From Phoronis australis (lineage: Eukaryota; Animalia; Phoronida), in contig NMRA01000312.1 in assembly GCA_002633005.1 (NCBI GenBank), positions 77,627-141,626 of the forward strand: a stretch of DNA of 64,000 nt, in the 5' to 3' direction. This document shows, piece after piece, positions 40,301 to 55,300 of the stretch; positions within the stretch are counted from its first letter, which is position 1, and each line of letters opens with the position of its first letter. The position numbers were made by a program, and so were the translations under genes. The notes below the pieces were generated by a model. The model was not told where the DNA came from. It did not search any database and saw only the letters and a program-made list of their open reading frames with translations.

Positions 40301-43300
40301 AAAATTGTGACCTGTAGGGAGCGAACAAACAAAAATGATCGATGAGCCATGCTTTGTTCCATAATCCAAAATAGGTGGCGCTATGTGACAGGGTAGGAAC
40401 AGCGCTATCGGAAAATCCTGAATGATTCAAAAAGTTGACGTTGTAGCGAAAAATGGAAAATATTTTCTGAAAACCTGTTCAAAACTACCTACTTTGACAA
40501 TTTTGCAACATTCCATAACTTTTTCGAAAAAAATTAAATTTTGCGTTTTTTTGAGATTCAAAGTCAAATAACTCAAAAATGGTAAGTCTGAGAAAAACGC
40601 TATCGCAGAAGTTTTGAAAGAGCATACTTCAAGGAATCCACAGGCAAAAATTCACGTCATTTGCTCTTCCCGTTAAAAACGCGACCACAGAACGATTGAA
40701 AACGTGTGAACACGCGCCACAGCCGCCATCTTGAAACTGACTTCTTCGCAAATGCGCCCTCTGGAGGAGAAAATGTTTTTGGCCAGATATCGGGGTGCGC
40801 ATGCACCACTTCCAATATTTCCGCCATCTTTGACCGGAAGTCAACGATTTTCGGCACAGTGGTAGCACATGTGTTCTATAATAATCGTACCACATTTCAG
40901 CCCTGCGCGTCGAAAAAATGCGGCCTCTACGAGCATTTGACTGTGAAATCGGAAACCAAATGGCCACCACATCCGCCATTTTGAATCTGATCATGACCAA
41001 AACCAATAGCGTTCCAGTACTTCCCGATCTACACGTCGTGTGCAAATTTTGTGAAAATCGGATGAAAATTGCGACCTGTAGAGAGAGAACAAAAAAAAAC
41101 TTGCTGTCAGACCAACATACTTGTCAGAAGAATTCTGCCAAGTAATAAACGCAAATCATGCATATAATGAAACAAAAGCTTCTTCAAACATTTGTTTTTG
41201 CGAAGAATTTTGACTTTATGCTACAATGGGCATGATTCTGTCACTCCCTGTAACTGACTGAGTTTAAGTTTCATCACTTGTTGCTGGGCCTCGCCAGGTG
41301 GCCACTAAATTGTCTCTTCATCTAATGATGGTGTTTGAATAAATGACACCGAAACATGTCAAGTCATTTTAAAACCATAGTTGTTTTTATTGTCATAGGG
41401 GACACTTGTGATTGCTCCATCAGGGCACTAGAAAAGTGATTGAGAAAGGTGCAATCAACTCAGGTTGCTTGCTTGAATATTGTGTGTTGTGTAAATGAAG
41501 GTTAATAAAATATACCTTAGATGATTGATAAAAATTTCCAGTACCTGAAGAGTTGTACATATCCACTGTCGAGCACCCACCCACATCTCCCGTAGGTGCA
41601 AAGTACGTGCAGTTGGTTGTGAATTCCTTCGTGATCTCCGTGTAGTCTTTGTTAAATTCCGGCCACTGCTCGCATGTCCGTCGACACAGCCAAAGAAATG
41701 TGAACCCAGACAGGTCTGTAGGGTCTGACATATCTGGGTCTCTCGTGCTATCTACAATCGCGTTGAACAAGACTGTCGTACCCCACATCTTCCTCACGGT
41801 CAGGCCGCCCTCCACCCCTCCTGAGAGCGGCGTTTTGCATACTCTGATAAACACACAGTCAACATTCTCAATGTTAATTTCCTGATCCATGGAAACATTC
41901 AAGCAGATCTTGTACAAACCATATGGCATGTATCTTTTAGGTGCTTCCAGCGTCGTCAGCTTGGTGGAATATGTTTCAACCATGCCCATGTCATAAGGAG
42001 TCTCTTCAAGCGTTTCATCATTGACGGATGAAACGTCCCAGCGATAGTGAGCAATCTTCGTTGACTTGCAGTTGAGCGTGACATGCGATGGAATGACAAA
42101 CTTCTTTGACTTCTGTATCATCTTGTATTTAGACTTGTCGCAGAAGGGGGGCTGGCAGCTGTTGGGATTCTGCAGGTCTACCACAGGCCATGAACAAGGG
42201 CCGCGTGTGATGCCAATGAAGAGTATGGAGTTTTCATTCGACACCTGATTCTGAGCATACAAGCGGATTGTGTATGTGCCGATGTTTTGAAAGTTGTTAT
42301 AAACGGTGACATTGGGTTCATAAGTCGGAGAGGCTTCACGGATGTCTTCGAAATCTTTTGCTGAATAGGATTCGAAACGAGCAGATGGATTTTCAAACTC
42401 TAATGGAAAGCTATTCTTGCATTGAGTTTTGTTTCCTAGAAACAATAAATGACCATCTAAAGAGGAGACATCGACAAAATTAATAAAGTAGCAGGCATCT
42501 GTTCCGATGGTGCCAGCGCTCACTTGGAATGGTGTGGAGACATTACGTGAGCGCGGTGTAGTTGTAAAGATGCCACTGTTCTTGATCGACCGTTGGATAG
42601 TAATGGTGCGTTCTGCATAAGCCTCACTCAACAGATTAGTTGCATTTACCTTAATAGTATAGGTACCTGGATTCTCGTATTTGTGAACTATAGTCTTCTC
42701 GTTGTACACCTCCTCAGTTTTACCGTCGCCAAAATCCCACAAGAACGTGATTAGTGAACCACGATCCATTGTTGCTTCAAGCAATAAATCCGACTCCAAA
42801 TGGAAGTATTCATCAACACCGTTAAAACTACTGATGATACCTGGGGTCAAAGAGGAGTCTTCAGCCTGCTCGTTGATGTTGCCTATCGCCATATTAACTA
42901 TATCCTCAAAAACGCCGTGAGTAAAGTTGAATGTACCATTGGAGACTAAGTTTTCTAATTTAAGCTGAACAGTAAAGAGGTCACCAAAAAAGTAAGTATG
43001 GCAGATTTTAAAAACGTGATGTTGACACATTTCTGGGGCCATTGAGTTATTCAAACACATGAAGTTTCCTGCAGGAAGATCTTGTCCATGAGTTGATGAA
43101 TTACTGCCATCACCGAAGTCAACAATAAAGGTCACATTTGTTGGAAAATCAAACAAGACGTCCCTGAAAATGTCAAAACATATTTCTATCTGCCAATCTG
43201 GTTCGGAAATCAAGGTTTCGTTCTTGTCACCAACGATCGTGAATTCATAAATAGGTTTCTGGACGATAATGGGTAATTCAAGGGTAGTGTTAACAACACC

Positions 43301-46300
43301 GACAGAGTTGTTGGTAATCACCATGACATCGTATACGCCTACAATATTAAAAGTGTGCATCTGGCAATTGAGGCCAACAGGGTCGTAAGGTGCGATATCA
43401 CGGGAGGTGTTATCGCGATAATCCCAGGTAATATCCAGTCGACTCCCCCAAGTCATTGTCACACACAATGTGGAATTCTCAAAGATTTTCACATACAACA
43501 CGCTTTCGTTTACCACCAAACCTTGCACTGCTTGATCAACGACGACTTGCAATTCAAAGAACATGTGACTGACGAAGTTCGATATGTTCAATGTGATGTT
43601 GTATGTTCCAAAAGCTTCATAAGCATGCGTAGTGAGCACGTCATCAATGGCTGGTTGACCACTGATAGATGTTGGAGTTGTACTATTACTAGTGCTGTTA
43701 ATGACAGTTATGCTGTTTAGGTTGAGCACTGTGGATGTTGTCTGTGTGTAGTTGAAAACCATTCCAAATGAATCATTGAAGAAACCACCGTCACCAAATT
43801 CATAACTGAAAAATGCGTCCGTAGGAAGTGGGTCAACAATGTAATTGCCGATGTAAAAGATTGAAAACAGCATTTCAGCAGGTCCCTCAGGAAATACAGG
43901 AATAGGGGAGTTGGTGGTGACACCTAGCTGTTTCACCGGGAACTGAACGGTGACGTTACGGCACATGGTCACATTGCTAACCTGATTAATGACAGACAAA
44001 CAGACATTGTAATGACGAACGTCCACAAAAATGTGCTCAAACTGGATCAAATCTCCCGTAAGCATGTCGTATCTGTACTCATAATCTTTTGCGTTGTCGT
44101 GATCGTAGTCCAGAAAGACATCAATCCGAGAGCCATTTGCCATGGTGACATTGAACAGTATGGCTTCATAAGGACGCACGTACGATGTGTTAAGTATGAT
44201 GTCAACGTCAGTGATTATATATTCGACCCAAACGGTGAATGTGTCTGTCAAATTAAACGGAGGTACGAGATTCCATGCATCCACAGAGAGATTATGTGGG
44301 CCCGTGACAAGGTAGTCTTGTTCTTCCAGTGTAACATTCCCGGGTTCAAACTCGCTCATTATGAACAGCCGTGTCTTGTTTCCGTTGAATGAAGACGAGA
44401 AGGTAACAGCAGAGCCTGCGCCTAAAGTGATGGGAATGACGTCGAAATCGTGGAACGGGATTGGCTCGATGGGAATGATTGACAAGTTGGTGAGTGGCAC
44501 CTGAATGGGTAGATATGTCTCGTTGATACTGACACTGCTTATACGGTTGAATACCGTCACTGACATGGTATAGTTCCCTATGTCGGCATAGATGTAGTCA
44601 AATGAAGCATGGAATACTGAAAATAAAGACAGAATACATGTTTGAACATTAGTCAAGCTTATTCATTTTATCAGTGTTCTCAATGTAATCCTACTTCTTC
44701 CTATTAACATCACCACCACCACCAGCATCACTATAACAGTAACATGGTTGACTCCATATTCACTAGGTGCTTCTAATGAACAAAAGTGACCATTTTGACT
44801 TATACTGAGGAGTGGAAAGCTGCAGTTCATAAGCAAGGGGAAATATATTGCTCCAAAGAGACTACTTAAATTGACATATTAGTAAGGGTAGGACCATTGA
44901 ATCATTAGCACTACGAAGAGAATTTCAAGTCATCCATTATAGTCCAGGATTGTTGCATACAGGAAACCTAAAAATTGCAAAGACACCAGAACCGCACTAG
45001 AAAGCATTACAAAACAGTATTTTAATGAAAACTTAGATAAGAATCTCAATGTTAGATTATCGCACAACTAGCCAACATAAAATCAAATATTTAACTAATA
45101 ATATTGAAATATTAATTTCATGCTTTTCTTACCCGAAGCATTGGCAAAGACTGCGAAGTCCACTAGAGTGGAGACATTGAATTTGGTTACCGTCATCTCC
45201 ATATAGGTTGGTGTTACATTATTCTGTGTTTCATTGACCCCTGATTCTTGGTTCACCACTGGGACCACCACGACATCATTCACAGTTGTGTTGGTGACGT
45301 TATAGGTGGGAAGCAGATTCTGGTTCATACCGTCCACTTCCTGTATTTCAAAGACTGTACCATCACCCATGTCAACAAGGTATGTCACATTGGTGCCTAC
45401 AAAGAAACAATGACAGAGTCATTTCAGTCTACTACAAGTAAAATGTTGTCAATAGAAAAGTAGTGAAATTGTATTAGTCATAATAAATGACCTTATATCG
45501 CCTACCCAGGGTTTGGTTTTAGCTCTGGTAACGAGCTTGCGACGCACGAACTATTATATATCATTCGGGACATATGTCGATCATAAATAGAATTTTTACT
45601 AACCTTCCTCAAGCAAGGACTAACTAACTAAATTGAAATTTAATTGATATTTGCAAGATATTGATGACTTGACATTGTTTGAAAAGCAGTGAAATTTTGA
45701 TACTCAACAGTCAAATTCTCAGAGAGAAAGCGTGACACATGAGACATGCTAGGCTAAATGAATAAAGATACAGAATTTCCAAGTTTAGTGCATAAAATTT
45801 TGTGGGCTCTATAAATTGAAGTTACATCTATCTCCGAGAAAATCATGACGATTTTTAGAAATAAGTTAGACACGAAATGAAAAACTTCACAGAATAATTA
45901 TTGACATTAGTTATAATTACTGATTGAACGATATTTTTACAAAAATTATAAAATTAATGTACTTAGTTGTCCTTCAATACTCCTTGTAAACAATCCCATA
46001 AATGTCCAGTTAACGAGATACTTGAAGTGGTCAATTATTGCTTCTTCATAGTTATTCAAAATAACATGTTTTTTGGGGAAACATTCAAACCAAATATCAA
46101 CACTGAGACTAAGCCTTGTTCAAGGTGAAATTATCAGGTGATCAATACACAGCCTGGGCAATGAAATAAAATCAACAAACAGTGTTGTATTGTATTGAAT
46201 TCTTCATCAATAACTTAATAATAGTTCCTAGTGTTACCTTGATCAATATCCAACTGAATGTGTGTTGGGGTTTCATATACTGTTGCAATGTACTGTGGAG

Positions 46301-49300
46301 TAATTGTCAAGTTTAGAATTTCATCTTGGACAACCACATACAACTGAAATAAAAGAAACAATCAAAACTTAAGCCCTAATGAACTCTGGATGAGGACTCG
46401 TGAATACGAACAATTTCCCTTTCTTCCACAAACTCGACAGGGATAGCTTCCAAAATGTTAACACATTGCATAAATAACAAGATACCCAAAAACTGACTAT
46501 GAATAAAAAAAATCAGACAAGAGATAAAAATCAAGTTTAAAATGTAAGACCTCAGAGAAATGTCCAATAATCGTTTCTAAGAGATGTCTAATTGGCTTCA
46601 AATGAAATTCTCAGATACTGTACTGTATGCACTGTTCTCCAATGTTAGAAATTGTTTGTCAAAGTGTTTGGCATGAAGAGCTACCAAATATCCCTACTTT
46701 CAGGATTTTCATAAAATGAAAACAAAAGGATAATTTAGAGAACTGTAAGAGCACCTTCAACTTGAATATTTATAAAAGACAAAATTTATGTTATTGACAT
46801 AGTCATCTTGCTGTGATTGTACTTTTCTTCTTTGGTACTAAATTTTAACAAAAAGATATGGTCACTTGACCCAATTAATGGCAGATTAGTAAGTCTAATA
46901 AAAAATTCTACTACGTTTTTACTATCAGAAAATGTAGACAGTTTTGCACAGTTCAGGTTGACAGCTTTGAAAATATTTGGCTAAATGCACATATAATGTT
47001 CACCGAAAAGTAACTTAAAGTGCAAACTAAAGGATTTTGGTAAGTCACTTACAGGAGTACCACATTTTGAGCACCAGTTTTCTCCACTGAAGAACAACCA
47101 TTAACTGGTTCTCAAAATACGGGACCCCAGTAAGTGAGTATTGTTGGCTTTTGAACCAGACCAGTTAGCAACAGCAAAACAAAACTAACTAAAGGTTTAA
47201 TTTAAATATCAGAGAATTTGAAAAAATACTTCAAAATTTTCTTAATTTTTCAATAAGACAATATTTGTCAATGAATGCTTTAGAAAACATATTGTACTGA
47301 ATAGTTTCGGAAACAACATGCATGTAAGAAGGTCTCCTCACCATATCGCTCCAGGAAGTGACATCATTCCAGGCAACAATATCAACTCGGTAGACACCTG
47401 CCTCCTCATAGGTGTGGTTAGTGGTGGCGTTAGTCAGGAACGTAGTCTCATTCCCATCACCCCATGTCCAGTTGTAGAAATGGCTTGTACCCGGGTGGTC
47501 AGCCACAGTAAAGTTATGCACAACGTTGGTCGTCACTATCTCGCAAAAAGGGCGATAACCATCAAATTGAAAGTCTTATACAAAGATGTAAATGTCAAAT
47601 CGTCAGATAAAAATTATGCGATGATGTGGCTTACTCTTAATTGTATAAAAATCAAATTCAAGATAATTTTATCAACTTTTGCAGTGATTATGTTTTGACC
47701 AACAGAGGCATTAACAGCAATTTTATGACCGAAACCAAATTTAACATTCTGTAGTTAGTATTTTTGTTTGTAGGCAAAATATAGCTCAAATCTGACTTAA
47801 ATTAAACTGTTTTTAAGGTATTTATGAGTAAGTTGTTTAGGACGACATTAACAGACTTTGCCTAATCCATTATCTGCTAACTGGAGGTACAATCTGGTAC
47901 AAGAGTCATTAATTGTTCTGTTTCAGAATAGCTTTAAAAAATCATACTCAAAGCTGCATTTTGCCTCTGTTTAACTCTTAATGAGTCTAACAGCACATCA
48001 CATCATTGCAATGAGTCTAACAGCACATCACATCATTGGAATGTATGATTCTCACAGAAGGAAGGCACAAGTGCTGTCTAATATGACGTCTAACCATAAG
48101 AAGGCAGATCAGATTCCGATGAGCGGTCACGTGTGAAACTTTTTCCAGACAGCGGATCAGACATCTGATCTGCTTTCTGATTGGACAGCGTGGGAATGTT
48201 GTATTGCAAGATATTAGCTCACCATTTTCATTGGCAACTATTGTCACATTCTCCACACTGTGCTGACAATCCAGCTCTGCATAATTACTGTACGTCTGGT
48301 TGTCCGTATCCCACATTACCATAGCCGAGATGTTGAACTTATCAACGCGTTCGTATGTGTGATAAAACCTAGCCACAACTGTGCGTTCGACAGTCGCACT
48401 GAGATGAAAATCGAATGCCTTTCCCTTATAACCATCCGTTGGTAACACTAGTGTGTAATTCTCAACATTACGTTGGTCCCAGTCCTGAGGTAAACTGACA
48501 CTGAAGAGATAGTTTTCAGACTTGTCAACAACTTCAAGTTGTAAGCCTTGGTCATGCAGTTGTATTGCCAGCATATCACCGGGCTGAACACGAATCGCCT
48601 GCGCCAGGGGCACAGTAAAACGCCGAAGACCAGTCCCTGTTGCTGTGAACACGTTCTCACCGACATACTCAAATGTTTGGATGGGCATGTCCTCCCAACT
48701 TGAGGGCATGAATGTAGATTCAGAGCCATTACAACGTGATGATGTGAGAATCCACTGTGTAGGACAGTTCGTTTTCCATATGTTCGTCTGATTTCGGTCA
48801 CATCGTACACCCCACGGTAGACAGGAATAAGAACGGAGGCAGAAGTCGTAGGTACACACTGGACGAAATACCTGGAAGAGTGCAAATTGATGAGAATGTA
48901 TTTTGACAAAAACGCTCTAAGCTTTGACTAGATGAGGCGAACATCATTTAACTCAGTGCAGTGTGCAATAATACTGGATTGAACTAAAAAAACTGTCATA
49001 GGTAAAATTTGTGATGTGTTCCATTACTGAGTTTTCAAAAGATTTTTATACTTGTTAATGGAATGTTATTTAGCCTTAAAAATTGACTTAGTCAGAAATT
49101 TCTTTTAATGCATTGATTAAGTGCCAAATAAGACAGCTGTGACTTTAATAGACTTTAAGTACGGAACAAATATTTATTGACCATATAAAGCCATTTGATT
49201 TTCAACTAACAGTTTTGAGCATTGATTTTTCTTTGCTACAAGGGTCAACTTGCATGAATTATTGCACATTTGTGCTTTTAATCATAACTGAGGAAACTGT

Positions 49301-52300
49301 CATCTCAGATTTTTTATTTACCCGGCTTAAAGAATAGAAACATCAGCCAACATATTTCCTTTTAAAATATAGCCGCAAGTCTTTAGTTTTGATGGCTGAT
49401 GTCTTTGTCGTCAAATTAACATAAAAAATCTGAGACAACAGTTTGCTCGGCTATAGACCATAGACATGTTTACAAGACCCACGCAGTGTTTATTAGATCA
49501 AGCCGAAATCACAAACTCCAAACTGGAAGAAATATTTAGAAGTAATCAATGAACTCCACACATGCATGAATAATGAAGAACCTTAACTTACTGTTATTAA
49601 AAAAAAACAGAGTTCCAACCAAAACATTGACCAAAACAACGATTTTCACTAAAGATGGTGCTGCACAGAGCTTTAACAAAGGAGCAGCAAAATATAGGAA
49701 TGCATATACCTGGAAAGACACAACACCAGGAGTTTTCACATTCAGATCCCAACTCCTGATCAAGCCATGGTACTTAAATACCATGTTGGGTGATAAGTAT
49801 AGAGCTGCAGAAACTTGTGTCGTGGATATGACCAGGTCTTTGTACTGGCCGACCTTGTACAGACTTGAACCTACAGATAACACATGTGATATGGTTATGT
49901 AAAACCTTATTGGCAAGTTGGGGCATTAATAAATGTAAACAAAACTATAAAAATTTACTCTTAACAGTAAAGAAGGACGTCAACAGAAATCGTTGTTTGA
50001 CTTCATACCAATATGCCAAAAAATAATTTTATTGTCTTTAGTGAAATCAATAAAAAATAAAGTTATGTCATTCATACCAAAATGTTCACCATGAAATGAC
50101 CAAATTATTTTCAATAATATTCAGTCTAAAACCTAAAAGACGCTGTAGTTGTAGTTTTCTGAACAATTGTTTGGTTTTGTTTTATGCAACTTTTGAATAT
50201 TATCAAATAAATCTAACATTAATAGAACTTAAAAAATTCTATTTTTGATAGCCTCTCATGCAAAATTGGAACATAAAAACATATTTATTACAATATTCTT
50301 AGCGCAGTTGTGGAGAATAGTGCATAATAGTAATGTATGTGAAAGCTTCATTTAAATCTGCTAAGACATTTCTGAGATATCATGTTTAATTTGAAGTTAG
50401 TCAAATTGGGCATTTTTCTAGGATCTCACATAACTTAAAGGCAAATACATCACATGATGACCGCAGCATCTTATCAGACACGACTATGCTTGATGGGTTG
50501 ACAATTAATATGATTGTTCACAAAGTTGCAATGGGAAGCAAGAATCCAGAAATGTTAATGTTTGAGATATATTCCACTGGGACCTAAACCATACAAGCAA
50601 GTCTACAACACCTTGAACACTAAATGCATCAATCAATGCTTATGAATAATTTGAACAAGTCATGAATATGCTCTGCTTACCTTGTATAGTCATGTTGTAG
50701 GTTTTACTGTCCCCTGTAGCAACTTGAAGCTGTATTTTGGTACCGCTGTCTATGTGAACGTCAAATGTGAATTGCCGACCTTTGGTTACATGAGTGGGGC
50801 TACGACCGATACGTACAGAGCCGAGCTTCGACTTGACCTAAAGTGTACAATCTCAGAATCATAAAGAAATTTAGCACAAAATGGATTTAATAAACATGCA
50901 GATTGAAAACTGGCATATTCATAAAAGAGTGAAGCAAATGATTGAAACCACTTTGAAAAAGCAAAGTGATAAAAATCATTATCGGGTATATTTGCAGCAA
51001 TCTCTAACTGTATTGGATTCTGTACAAAGTTTACGACTCAGCAATTTCTATGACCATCATCAGCTGAGCGATGAGCGTAATATCATATTTGCGTGTATCT
51101 GGACCCATGTGCCTATATCTGAAATATTGCAATTAATATTCTAAAAAATCTTTTTAGCTCGCAATTCGCTCATCACACATTTGCCAGAGTATCTGAGTAT
51201 CTACTTTTATCTAGGTGCAGGTGTCCAACTCCTGCAAATACACGTCTCAAACTGGATAGTCTGTCTGTGTGTCTTATATCCATTGATTTCTTAATAAGTG
51301 TTGATTGTTGACAACCAATTTCTAAAAATAATAAGAAAGCAAATCTTAATTGCCTATATAAGAAATGTTACACAATTACCATGAATAGTAAAAAATACCC
51401 TCCCTCCAATATTCTTATCAATCATGCCTGTTTGTAAGCAATTGATTTTTTTGCATGTTAAATCAATAAATGGGCGAACTAAAAGTAGAGGCAAATGACC
51501 ATGATAAAGTTCTTGTTGAACTTTTGGTTTCATTCACAGAACAACATGGAACTCATATTCAACAAAAACAAAAGATTTTTAATGCGAGGAACAGCAGAAG
51601 TATAATTTGCATTTAGACACACACCAATAATGTTTCATGCTAACTCTTGGTAATTGCATGGCTATTTGTGACTTTTATCAGTCAGTTTTGAAGATTGACT
51701 TACAGGTACAGCAAGCACAGCAACTTAGGCTTCAAACCTCAACTGATCTAATATCTCCCAAGATTGGATCCTACCTTAACTAGCGTCGGGTTTTAAGGTT
51801 ACATAGGACCTTATTGACAAGTTTGTGTAATAAGTCCAACATATACAAAACTAACGATTTTAACCCAGTACAAGTTTATATTTTCTCAAAAAATAAAACT
51901 TATAGAATTGTTTTTGACCTTTTACCAATCTCACATTGATTGGGTCATGTGACCACGTCTTTTTAGTAAAATCTAGCAAAAGGAAGGTAAAGTCATAGCA
52001 AAACAATAACATCAATAACATGGCCAAATTTTAATGTTCATGATGAAATCAGAGAAACGCTTACATCTTCTAAATTATCATTATACGTTTTTGTTTTATA
52101 CAACTTTTGAATCTGTTCATGAAAATCACAATGGCCCAATATTTTGATAGCCCCTCATAAAAAAGTGAAACGTTTTAAAGTTAAAACAGTTCCTCACAGT
52201 ATTTTTTGGAGAAGAGTGACTGAATGAAGCACAGAATCAGGAAATTTCATGAAGACTCCGAGCAGCTTTGACACAATGTTCCAAAGTTGGCAAAATTTGC

Positions 52301-55300
52301 ACATTTCTGTAGGTTCCTCCATCACCTTAACTATGACAAAAAGAACACTTAATCAGAAAAAGTAAGGGATGAATCAAGGACAAAATGAAATGTTTACCGT
52401 TATAATTTTTAGAGCACTAATATTGCGTTCTTCTGTGCCACAAGCACTGCTGAGGAGCACAACATCGTCCAACTTGTTAAACGAGTGAACTTGGGAGACA
52501 TTCATACAAGAACTAGCATCGCAAGACTGGACACGACCGTCACCAAAATCGATGTCTCTTTTGACTGGAGTCCCATAACCCTCTTCAAACGTAGTACTGA
52601 TATTAACTTCTTCGAAAGCAAAAACACTTTCTTCATCTGAAATAATTTGACATAAACTACAATCAAAGTGTCACATCATACAGTTGTCATGAGTTTGGTG
52701 TAAAACATTAAATGGAAATTAAATGGTCTTAAGAACACACAGCTACAATTATTGTATGAACTCTTAAATACTACACACAGCTACAATTATTGTATGAACT
52801 CTTCAATACTACCATTGGCACTTCTTTAAGTACATTTTTAAGTGCCAAATGTGCGAGTTATTCTAGATGACTTCAAGTACAGCAAATCTTGATTGGTCAT
52901 TTTCAGGATCCATCGATTTCCGGTGCTTTTGGTAAAAACACCCTTTTCTTAGAGCTTGGCTAGATTTTACAAAACAATTGTACAATTATTTCACCCATAA
53001 CCTGTGGTTGAGGGAAAAACATGTCCTACACTGTTATTTACCATCTGACATCAACTTAACAGTAAATACTAGGGATTGTTTTAAAAAGATTAGTTTGATT
53101 GCCAGTATTTCCATTCTATGGGGGTACACCCAGTTATTTTGTCTGATATATGCAAAGTTTTATTTCACAGACAAAATAAGTCCGACACCAGTTACATCAA
53201 AATAGATGTATTCAATTTGACAATAGGACAATAATAAATATGCTCTTTTGATGCCTTCACCAAATACTGCAAAAATGTCATGAAAGCATTATTTTGTAAA
53301 CAGCATTTCACCTACTCAAGTTTTCATCAAGAGCATCTAGGTCTAATGCAGGCACAAAACAGTTCACCCGAAAAACATGTTTCCCAGATAAAACAAATTT
53401 TCAACAACTTCCTTTCATAAGCACACATATTATGTTTCATCTGCAAAGAATTTTGCTCTTAAAGTTTTGTAAACAAAAAATTGTGGGACTGTGTTACTGG
53501 CATGTTGTGTGCTGAGACATATGCTGTGGCATAGTTGATGATTTGGCAAGTGTAGAAAATCCATACACATTTCAAGGTTGACGTCTGAAACCAAACACAT
53601 GACAAAATCGCATCGACACAATCCGTAGTTAGGGGAATTTTACATTTGCAGACACTATTGCCTGACTACACAGAACAGAAGTAATCAATGTCACTTCAAT
53701 GGCACTCAAGCTATGTCTCAAACACTCACGCCGTCTATTCATGCTTCTGTGAATTAGGAATGTTAGAAGATGCTACTGACGTACACAAAATACCCCTTTT
53801 CATGAGGCTACTCCAGAAAGTAAAACATTCATTGAACAAAATCAAAATTTGACGTGACCTATTTTAACTATCAAGTAAAACGTTGCTAAACAAGCATTCC
53901 ATATAACTTGATGTCCCGACTTCTTAACCCCATTAATCCAGGATATGAGGATATCCTCTGGATGTCAGAAAACCAAAAGACCTAGGGTCAATTACGAAAA
54001 AAGCAATTTACATTCACCACTTTGTGACTAGTTAACCCCATGTTAAGTACAATATGGCAAGATGAACAAGTCCTTCATAACAGTTTATATATCACACTAC
54101 AATATACCAAACATTTCTCGAAACCATCTATTCACCCACAAGTAACAGAAAAATGGCTCTCTCAGAAAGGCAGGTCATTAGCCCACGATCTGCTCAATGA
54201 ATTAATCAATATCATTATCAATAAATCAATAACACATCTTGCTGACGTCATTGCCTTCAAGTAGCCAAGCATGACTACCCAATGACAGCAAAATGAATGC
54301 AAGGCGAGACTACAATTACATTACAGATCACGAATTTTGAACAACCAGACAGAGGCCAGTTGGTGACCAGTCGTTAACCAGTCAATTCTTTAGTAAACCA
54401 CGAGCTGAACGCAACTCTTTCTTTGCATGTTCAAAAAGTTCTGTCAGCTGAATATGCTAATGCATGTAGGATTGTGATGTTTGCATTTTTGAAAAGATGT
54501 GTTTACTTTTGTCTATTAGAACATAATGTGTAATCTGAATTGGTCATCAAAGCTTGGCATTTGAACTTCCGACCGAAATGATGATCGCAGTGAGGACCAA
54601 GCAAACAACTCTTAGCAGACCATGTCTAGTCTGGGTTGTCGTACTAGTTGAATAGGTATGGTCAAGCAGACTCCATGTAACTTAGTATCACTGTAATGAT
54701 TTTCCTCAAACTCTACTAGTCTTGCAACTACCCATTACTCAAAAAACAGGATAAATGCCTTCACCTGCCTCAGAATGCCTTAAAAACCTCATTTTATGTA
54801 TATTGTTATTAAAAAAACGAATACAATAAAAATAACTCTACCATGCATTACCAATGTTTCGACATATTTCATACATTGATGATTATTATATCAAAACATC
54901 ATCCATTTGCAATGCATTTCAGTGTCCCTCTCATTGATTTCAACTTGTTTCTCTGTATGCAGCTGTGTGACACAATGACTTCAGTGGAAGCGGGGCAATA
55001 GTGGCTACCACCTAGCTGATTCACATAAAGAGTGTTACATTACCTTGAACTCTTATTGTGTAGTTCTCAATGAATAACGGCTGACTATACACACTCATGG
55101 ATTGTTCACCCCCACACTTCTCTGCATCTACCAGAGGGCATTCCAGATCACAGACACCCGTACTGCTCTCATTATATGATGAAAGACAGAAACATGTTGT
55201 CGCCTCATATATGGCAGAGTACCTGCAATCAGATTTAGATTGGCATTACTGATTGTGGTTTGCACCATGAAGGATTCCACATGATTGCAACACTTAACAA

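Noticed and set aside
39807-41145. Several mutually similar ORFs of 65-138 aa
   Set aside because: They arise from the duplicated non-coding repeat unit and show no protein motifs.
41420-44656. 1078-aa ORF as a standalone PKD surface-protein gene (possible bacterial/archaeal HGT)
   Set aside because: It is bounded by splice sites in phase with neighbouring exons, so it is an internal exon.
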